A stretch of DNA of 41,650 bases from Basidiobolus meristosporus CBS 931.73 (Eukaryota; Fungi; Basidiobolomycota), in contig MCFE01000731.1 of assembly GCA_002104905.1 (NCBI GenBank), forward strand, positions 1 through 41,650, given 5' to 3'. The notes below the pieces were generated by a model, which worked only from the letters and a program-made list of their open reading frames with translations, had not been told where the DNA came from and did not search any database. Below are positions 34,471 through 41,650 of the stretch, piece after piece; the first letter of the stretch is position 1, and each line of letters starts with the position of its first letter. The position numbers were made by a program, and so were the translations under genes.

Positions 34471-35938
34471 TAATCATTGAATATACAAATCCATTGATTC
34501 ATAGAAATATACATGAATTGGGTAACTATAAAGTAACTGCGAGAATGCTACTTGTTGTTATTTGACAGGTTCAATATATTACTACCATTCAAGTGAGTCC
34601 TGGTGATATCGAGAGCGTTCTTACATCCGTCACAGCAATTGAAAGCTAATCAGCTACATCAACCATCAATATCCAAGATATAATACGTAGTCAAATGCAC
34701 TATATATCTTCCCAAGTGTATGAAGCAAAATACTCAGTAACCCTTCAAGATGCGTCTCGGTGCTTAGTGATGTTCGTTTATCCATACAGTTATACATGAT
34801 TCATCAACGATCATCACTACCCAAGTACAGTTTATTAAATTATCTAGCCAAAGTTAATCATCATTTTGTTTAGAACAACTAAAAGAGTCGATTGTCATTT
34901 CACATGCATTCCACATTCAATAGTGAAATCAGTGGTGTTAACCAATCATATGACAAAAAGTAAATAAACACCTATTTAAGATTGGCATACAATATTAGGT
35001 TAGTACTGGCAAATATCAATCCTAAGGTCTTCAACTAGGCGAGACCACTCGTGATAACTACGATTGTTTATTTATCGTATTGTTCTTACATAGATTACAT
35101 GATATTCAATATTACAGCATAAAATCTTAGATATTATTGCCATTGGATAGACCACCCATGATTATACAAATAAGCTACAATTTTCCTACACATGTTGGCG
35201 CGTTTATTAATTGTAGATATGAGCCAAGTGGTCTTCCTACTTCAAACATCTTCAAATAACACTTTATACTATTGCCAATGCTTATTTCTATTGTATAAAA
35301 TAATGGGGAGTAGGACAAGGCTATCCAGTTTGCAAGCCAGCTACGATTAGTAGTTAATTCTTAGATCGTGTCACAGTAGAAATAAACAATAAATCATAGT
35401 AGCTGGGGAAGTTGTTGGCTGGTTGTTACTAAACGTGCTGTATTAGCACGCAGTGTACACACACAAATTCATTGATGACAGAATGAAAAAGGTTTGATTA
35501 TATTTGTTTGCATTAATATCTGCGTCTACGGTTGCGTCGTTGACAACGGCTGCATGCACGCCTTCATCCAAAACGTATGACGGCACAAGCTATCAGTGTA
35601 CTGAGCAGCAATATTCTATTATTGGTAATATCTGGATATACTTGATATGTCAAAGCTTTCCTGAGTTGGGTAGTTATACAGAGATGGCAAGAATGTTACT
35701 TGCTGTTGCTTAGTTGTTTCTATATGTTGCTACTATCCAAGTGACTCCTGGTTACATTTTGGTCATTTGAATGGATATCAAAATTGTTCTTATTACCTAT
35801 TGTTCATTGATCCCAACTATCTATTACAGTGTGAATACATCAACATAGTTTTACTCACCTATATCCAAGCCTGATATATAGTCAAATTGACTATATATAA
35901 ATGAATGTATGTGGTAAAATACTCAGTAATTCTTCAAG

Positions 35939-36630
35939 ATGTGGGCAACCACTATTATGATGATTTTGTCCCTTGTGTTTCTGAAGGTCACCATTGCAGC
36001 CCCAGTTCCATGTTCCCCTTCATGTTCATACATGAATAGTAGAGTGTGCCAATGTAGCTCCCAACACTTCTACTAAGAAAGTGACCGCTACCTGAGTGAC
36101 CAAGTACAATCAATTGCTGAAGTACCAAATGTCCAAGCCCCATTATTGTAACAGGTGTTCACTACCATTACAAGGAAAAAGGACAATCTCAACACTGCTA
36201 TTACAAATAGTGACAAGTGCCTTAATGTGAGCTATCTATATGAGGTGGAAGGTGCAGCAATTGACACTGAGTTGGCTGAATACCAGGGTGCAGAATCATG
36301 TGTTGATGGTGCATTGTATCCAATTGTGGTGGTTCAGTGCTCTCAAGACATTCAGTACAATATTTTTTTATTGACAATTCAGATTAATATCCTACCCAAA
36401 GCTTGTCTAACAGTCAATTGGGATCATATGAATACATATTAAGAAAAGTCTTGATCTGGGTACCTGACAATCTGATGAAGATATTTCAAGTAAATCCCAA
36501 CAAGAAATTTCAGCAGGAAGTAGTAATAATACAGACTTAGATCTATATTCTTTGGTTAGCATGAATATTTAGGTGACAACTCAATAATTACAACAACAAT
36601 TGTGCTGATTAGTTGACTGGGCCCATGTAA
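35939..36630 (+). pseudogene. Family A' pseudogene, CpG-mutated and interrupted by an inverted LTR fragment
   Basis: Aligns with 29884-30438. It carries stops (e.g. CGA>TAA in PLL*Q), deletions and an insert at 36362-36595. Confidence 0.88.
36362..36595 (-). mobile_element. Inverted partial LTR related to the adjacent Copia LTR
   Basis: The minus strand starts TGTTGTA and contains cacctaaatattc and aaatttcttgttgggatttacttgaaatat...caggtacccagatc (compare 36716-36838). It is flanked by ACAAT direct repeats (36357-61 and 36596-600). Confidence 0.7.
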
Positions 36631-36694
36631 GACACACCAAAGTTTGTAAATAAACTGCCTTGATTCATCTATAAGCAACCAGAAGTGGCCATGG

Positions 36695-37042
36695 TGTTGT
36701 AAAAGTTTGTAACTCCACCTAAATATTCTCCTAACTTAGTCACTTATATCATTACCATCAAATCCTAGAGAATACTGGCCAAATTCCTTGTTGGGATTTA
36801 CTTGGAATATTTTCACAAAAATACCAGGTACCCAGATCATGAAAATTCTCAAAGTTGTCCAAACAGCCCCAAACTTTGCACACATGTTCTTAGGACCTTT
36901 TTAACCTATTCTATGTGACTGTTATGCCAAGATCATGTAGAAGTATAAATATTACATTTACATTCAATAAATCATTGAGTGAAAACCACATAATCTACTT
37001 GTTCTCCCAATCACTTCCAATATCTCCAAGACTCTTACAACA
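36695..37042 (+). repeat. Copia 5' LTR (348 bp)
   Basis: TG...CA termini, with TATAAA and AATAAA inside; roughly 90% identical to the 3' LTR by eye. Confidence 0.95.
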
Positions 37043-37046
37043 GGCT

Positions 37047-40000
37047 ATGAGCCCCAAGCTGTCACTCTCTGCAATGTCTACTACTATCATTACTGGAATT
37101 TTTCCCTCTGCTGAAAAGTTGGATGGCTCTAACTACCAAGTGTGGAAGGTGAAGATGAAGATGCTGCTACAAGAAAGAGGTCTTTGAGATATTACCATGG
37201 GAGAAGAATGCCCTCCTGAAAATGTGGGGGAGGAAGCCTCAAAGTATCAGAAGAAAGAATAAAGTGCCTTTAACTGCATTTGCCTTAATGTCAAGGACAA
37301 ATTGCTAATTCTATGCTCAAGAGCAAAAAGGGCAAAGAATGCCTGGAAAGCATTAGAAGACACATACCAGTCATGTTCAGCTGCCAAGAAAATGTATCTG
37401 AGACAAATATTCTTTACTACCAAGATGCAGCCAGAAGAAGAAATGAAAAATCTCATTAACAGAGTTACCCTGCTGGTGGATGAGATGGAATCTGTAGGTG
37501 TACCAACTACTAATGAGGATGTGATAGTAACCATCCTGAATAGCCTGACAGATAAGTTTCAGGATCTTGTATCAGCCCTAGAGTCCAGAACTGAAGATTT
37601 AACCTTGAATTACATATATGGAAGGCTCCTCAATGAAGAATTAAGAAAATCAAGCACCAATAAGAAAGAAGAAGAAAATACTTTAATAAGCAATGATAAC
37701 CAACAAAGGTGGTACCCAAGACCCTACAAAGGCAACAGCAACCCTAACACTTGATGCAGTGGGAGAAGAAAATACCCAATTAAGCCTTAGAAGCAGTGGA
37801 GGAAGCCATACACTGACCTTTAAAGAAGTACTCTATGTACCAGAAATAGCCAAGAACCTACTATCTGTAAGCAAGGCCACAGCCAAAGGGCCCAGTTTCA
37901 GTTTGACAATTCTGGATGCAGGATCACTGACCAAAATGGTACCCATATTGCTTTGGGTATCAGAGAACAGAATCTATGCAAGTTAATTTATATTCCATCA
38001 TATCTGGAAGCCAATATAAGTAACTTAAATGAAGAAACACCAATGCCTTGGCACAAGAGATTTGGACACATCAATTTTGATTATTTGCGCAATATGATCA
38101 AAGATCAGCTAATTTCTGGAGTAAAAATTGATCCTCCAGCTAATTTGGAGCACTGTGAGGCCTGCATATATGGGAAACAAGCCAGACAACTGTTCAAGAG
38201 CTCTGCGTTAATCAAAATTAAGAAAAATTAGATCTAATCCATGCAGATCTGTGTGGACCTATGCAAAATTTATCCTTATGTGGGATGAAGTATTTAAGCA
38301 CTTTTATTGATGATTATACATGATACACATAGGTCTGCTTCATGGAAAGAAAGGAAGAAGCTCTGTCTAAGTTCAGGGAGCTTAAAGCCATGGTAGAGAG
38401 AGAAACTGGTGAAAAAATCAAGAAAATACACTCTGACAATGGTGGAGAATATACCACAAAACTCTTCATCCACTTCTGCAAAATTTATGGGATAAAGCAA
38501 GAGACTACTGTACCATACTCCCCACCGCAAAATGGAGTAGCAGAATGTGCTAACAGATCAATAATGGATATGGCAAGATCTACAATCCATGATCAAATAT
38601 TATTCTATGGTTTTTGGGTGGAATCAGTTGCCACTGCTGTATACCTTAAGAATAGGAGTTATAACAGAATATTTTGTGATTCTACTCCATTTGAAGCATG
38701 GTATAGATACAGACCAAGTGAAGAACATCTAAGAATATTTGGGTGTACAGCATATGCCCAAAAACTTCCAGGAAATCTGTCAAAATTTGAGCCAAAAAGT
38801 GTAAAATGCATATTTTTAGGCTACTGCAATGAGAGTAAGGCATACACACTCTACAATATCAAAGCAAAGAAGCTGATCAAGTCCAGAGATGTGTTGTTTG
38901 ATGAAAATTCAAAATTTTCACAAAAAATGACATCTGATGATGACAAAATTTGATCTCAAGTCCATCAATAGTCAGGATTGAATCAGCGCAAAAGAATGAA
39001 TATTTTTCCCTTCCAGAGGACTCTACAAACCGTGGTTCTGCCAGAATCAGTGCCCAGCAATATCCCAGAAGTGATCATTCCAGTATCAAATGCCAGGGGA
39101 TCCAATCAGACAAGAAATAGCCCAAATTACTATATCAATGAGGGTACCAGCTTAGCCTTTGCCTATTCAGTCCATATTGAGGAACCCCAGACTGTAAAAG
39201 AGGCCGTGAATAGCCCTCAGACAAAGCTTTGGAGAGCTGCAATGACTGAGGAATATCAGGCCCTGATGGAAAATCATACTTGGGACTCATTCAAATAACC
39301 AATCAGCCTAAAATCAATTGGATGCGGATGAGCCTTTAAGACAAAATACAAGGCTGATGGCTCAATTGAAAGATACAAAGCAAGAATTGTGGCCAAAGAA
39401 TATTCTCAAACAAAAAGAATTGACTATACTGAGACCTTTGCACCGGTAGCAAAGTTTAATTTCATCAGAATGATATTGGCTATTGCAGCCAAAAACAAGC
39501 TTTTATACATCAAATGGATGTAAAAGCTGCATTTTTGAATGAAGTACTTGATGAAAATGTGTATATGGACCAGCCTGATGGGTTTGTTGACTAAGATAAC
39601 CCCCATTTGGTCTGCAAGCTTAAAAAATCTCTATATGGTCTCAAACAATCACTGAGAGCCTGTATTGAAAGATAGATTCTTATTTGGAATCTTTGAGTTT
39701 CAAAAGGAGTAATGCTGACTATAGTATATACTACAAGTCAGATAGAGTAAATCCAGCTCTATTGGCTCTATATGTGGATGATCTTATTATAGCTGCCAAT
39801 AACCTAGCAACATTAGAAGAGACTAAATCCAGCCTATCTGAAGAGTTCAAGATGTCCAATCTAGGAGAGCTCAGTTACTACTTAGGGATAAAGTTCTCCA
39901 TAGACAGAAGTACCCAGACTATTACCCTAAGCCAATCCAAGTATATTCAAGATATACTCAAGAAGTACCAAATGGAAGACTGTAAACCAGCAGCTACCCC

Positions 40001-40727
40001 AATGGAGACAAACCTTAACTTGGTCAAAGCTCAACCAAATCAAGAAAGCTTGGTGCCATCTGAAAGCCCTGACTTTTGTTATCAATCTATGATTGGCAGT
40101 CTGATGTATATTATGCTTGGAACATGTCCACATATCTCTTATTCAGTGGGAGTTGTCAGCCAGCATAATCAGAACTATGGATCTGATCATGTTGCAGCAG
40201 TTTAGCGGATTTCTAAATACCTAAAAGGAATTGCTGATATCTGCTTCAGATACACTTATAAGGGTTCAGAACAGGATCTTTTGGGATACTCTGATGCTGA
40301 TTGGGGACAAGAATTATAAGACAGAAGACCCACCACAGGATACACTGTTCTTTACTGTCAAGGTGCAATTTCATGGAATTCAAGAAAACAACCAACCACA
40401 GAACTTTTTACCACAGAGGCAGAGTATATGGCAGCCTGTGAAGCTACAAAAGAAGCAATGTGACTAAGAAAGCTTTTTACAGATTTAGGCCTATGTCGAA
40501 GAATGCCTATTATTTTATTTCAAGATAATCAAGGATGTATACAATTAGGTAGAAATCCAATTTTTCATGCTAGAACTAAGCACATAGATATTAGACATCA
40601 TTTTATACATGAAGCTATAGAGAATATCTTAGTTAGCTTGGCTTACTGTCCTTCAGATGAAATGATTGCAGATATATTCACCAAACCATTAGCTAGAGAC
40701 AAGTTTGAATATCTTAGATCAAGTTAG
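37047..40727 (+). pseudogene. Copia gag-pol pseudogene
   Basis: KLDGSNYQVWKVKMKMLL (gag); WHKRFGH...CEACIYGKQ (integrase Zn finger); HSDNGGEY...TVPYSPPQNGVAE (integrase core); LYVDDLII (RT); GYSDADWG and RTKHIDIRHHFI (RNase H). Many stops; the gag zinc knuckle and protease active site are not seen and appear deleted near 37740. Confidence 0.93.
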
Positions 40728-40761
40728 GACTAGTCAGTATGAACATTTAGCTGAGTGGGAG

Positions 40762-41110
40762 TGTTGTAAAGATTTGTGATTCCACCTAAACATTCACCTA
40801 ACTTAGTCACTTAGATCATTACCATCAAATCCTGGAGAATACTGACCAAAATCCTTGTTGGGGTTTACTTAGAATATATTCACCAAAATATCAGGTACCC
40901 AGAACATAAAAATTCTCAAAGTTGTCCAAACAGCCCCAAACTTTGCACACATGTTCTTGAGACCTTCCTTAGCCTATTCTACGTGTTTGTTATGCCAACA
41001 CCATGTAAGAGTATAAATACCACTTTTCCATTCAATAAATCATTGAGTGAAAGCCACATAATCTACTTGTTCTCCCAATCACTTCCAATATCTCCAAGAC
41101 TCTTACAACA
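40762..41110 (+). repeat. Copia 3' LTR (349 bp)
   Basis: Follows the PPT, ends CAACA and is followed by the TSD CATGG. Confidence 0.95.
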
Positions 41111-41650
41111 CATGGTACCTCTGTATTGCAACTGGAGCCTTCATTGAATTGCCACTATTAGTACCACATGCTGATATAAGCAACAGTGTATTTGCAACAT
41201 GAAAAAGCTTTCAATGGTTTGTTCAATCAAAGGGCTGGTAAGGGGAGAATGCAAAGTTGTATACAAACTAAATCATGTGCAGTAGTGTTTACAGACTAAA
41301 AAATGGGGAAAGTGGCACATATGATCTGTAATTGTGGTGGCTGCCCACAATGAGTGTTTGCTACAAGCCTTATGTACAATAGCATCTGATGCATCAGACA
41401 CCCTAACTAAACACAAAAAGAAAATAAAAATCAATTAGCAAGTTGGCACCTAAGATTGGCATATAGTATTAGGTTGGTACTGGCAGATATCAATCCCAAG
41501 ATCTTTAACTTGGCAAGACCAGGAGCTATTAAAGAATCAGACTATAACAGCAATTCTTAACTTATTGTATTTATAAGTAAAGTATTGTTATGACATTATT
41601 ATTTATTAGGAAAAGGGTGTGAATGCTTAAATATCTAACTTGAAATCACT

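Larger units (their letters stand above)
25480..36690. repeat. Tandem segmental duplication array (period ~4.5 kb) carrying C/B/A genes; homology resumes at 41111-41650 after the Copia insertion
   Basis: A genes at 27870 and 32394 (offset 4524); C genes ending at 28765 and 33277 (offset 4512). 41116-41330 matches 30503-30710. Confidence 0.9.
36695..41110 (+). mobile_element. Full-structure Ty1/Copia LTR retrotransposon, inactivated
   Basis: LTRs TGTTG...CAACA at 36695-37042 and 40762-41110; CATGG target-site duplication (36690-94 and 41111-15); PBS ggctatgagccc at 37043; PPT gagtgggag at 40753-61; domain order gag-integrase-RT-RNase H. Confidence 0.97.

Overview
Eukaryotic (fungal-like) DNA, AT-rich and repeat-rich; an early-diverging fungus is my inference, not something the sequence proves. 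The dominant content is a tandemly amplified cluster of three unrecognised families of small secreted low-complexity proteins, named A, B and C here. About 7 copies are intact and about 10 are pseudogenes or fragments, in two sub-clusters (~7-21 kb and ~25.5-36.7 kb). The families share short motifs in different orders (C-x6-C-Y-Q; LL...ALSNSNQxDQxQxxDQTLxQP; CxxC plus an Arg/Tyr tract) and reuse duplicated promoter modules, including a head-to-head bidirectional one. Also present: a tandem pair of beta-defensin-like 6-Cys peptide genes, a frameshifted small Cys-rich secreted protein gene, an intact Hsp31/DJ-1-family glyoxalase gene, a tRNA-Leu(CAG), a full-length but dead Ty1/Copia element (LTRs, 5-bp TSD, PBS, PPT), a second truncated Copia in the opposite orientation, a Gag-like relic and other decayed repeats. 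Transposon relics and neighbouring pseudogenes are strongly CpG-depleted, whereas intact genes are not. Coordinates of relics and all counts were made by eye.
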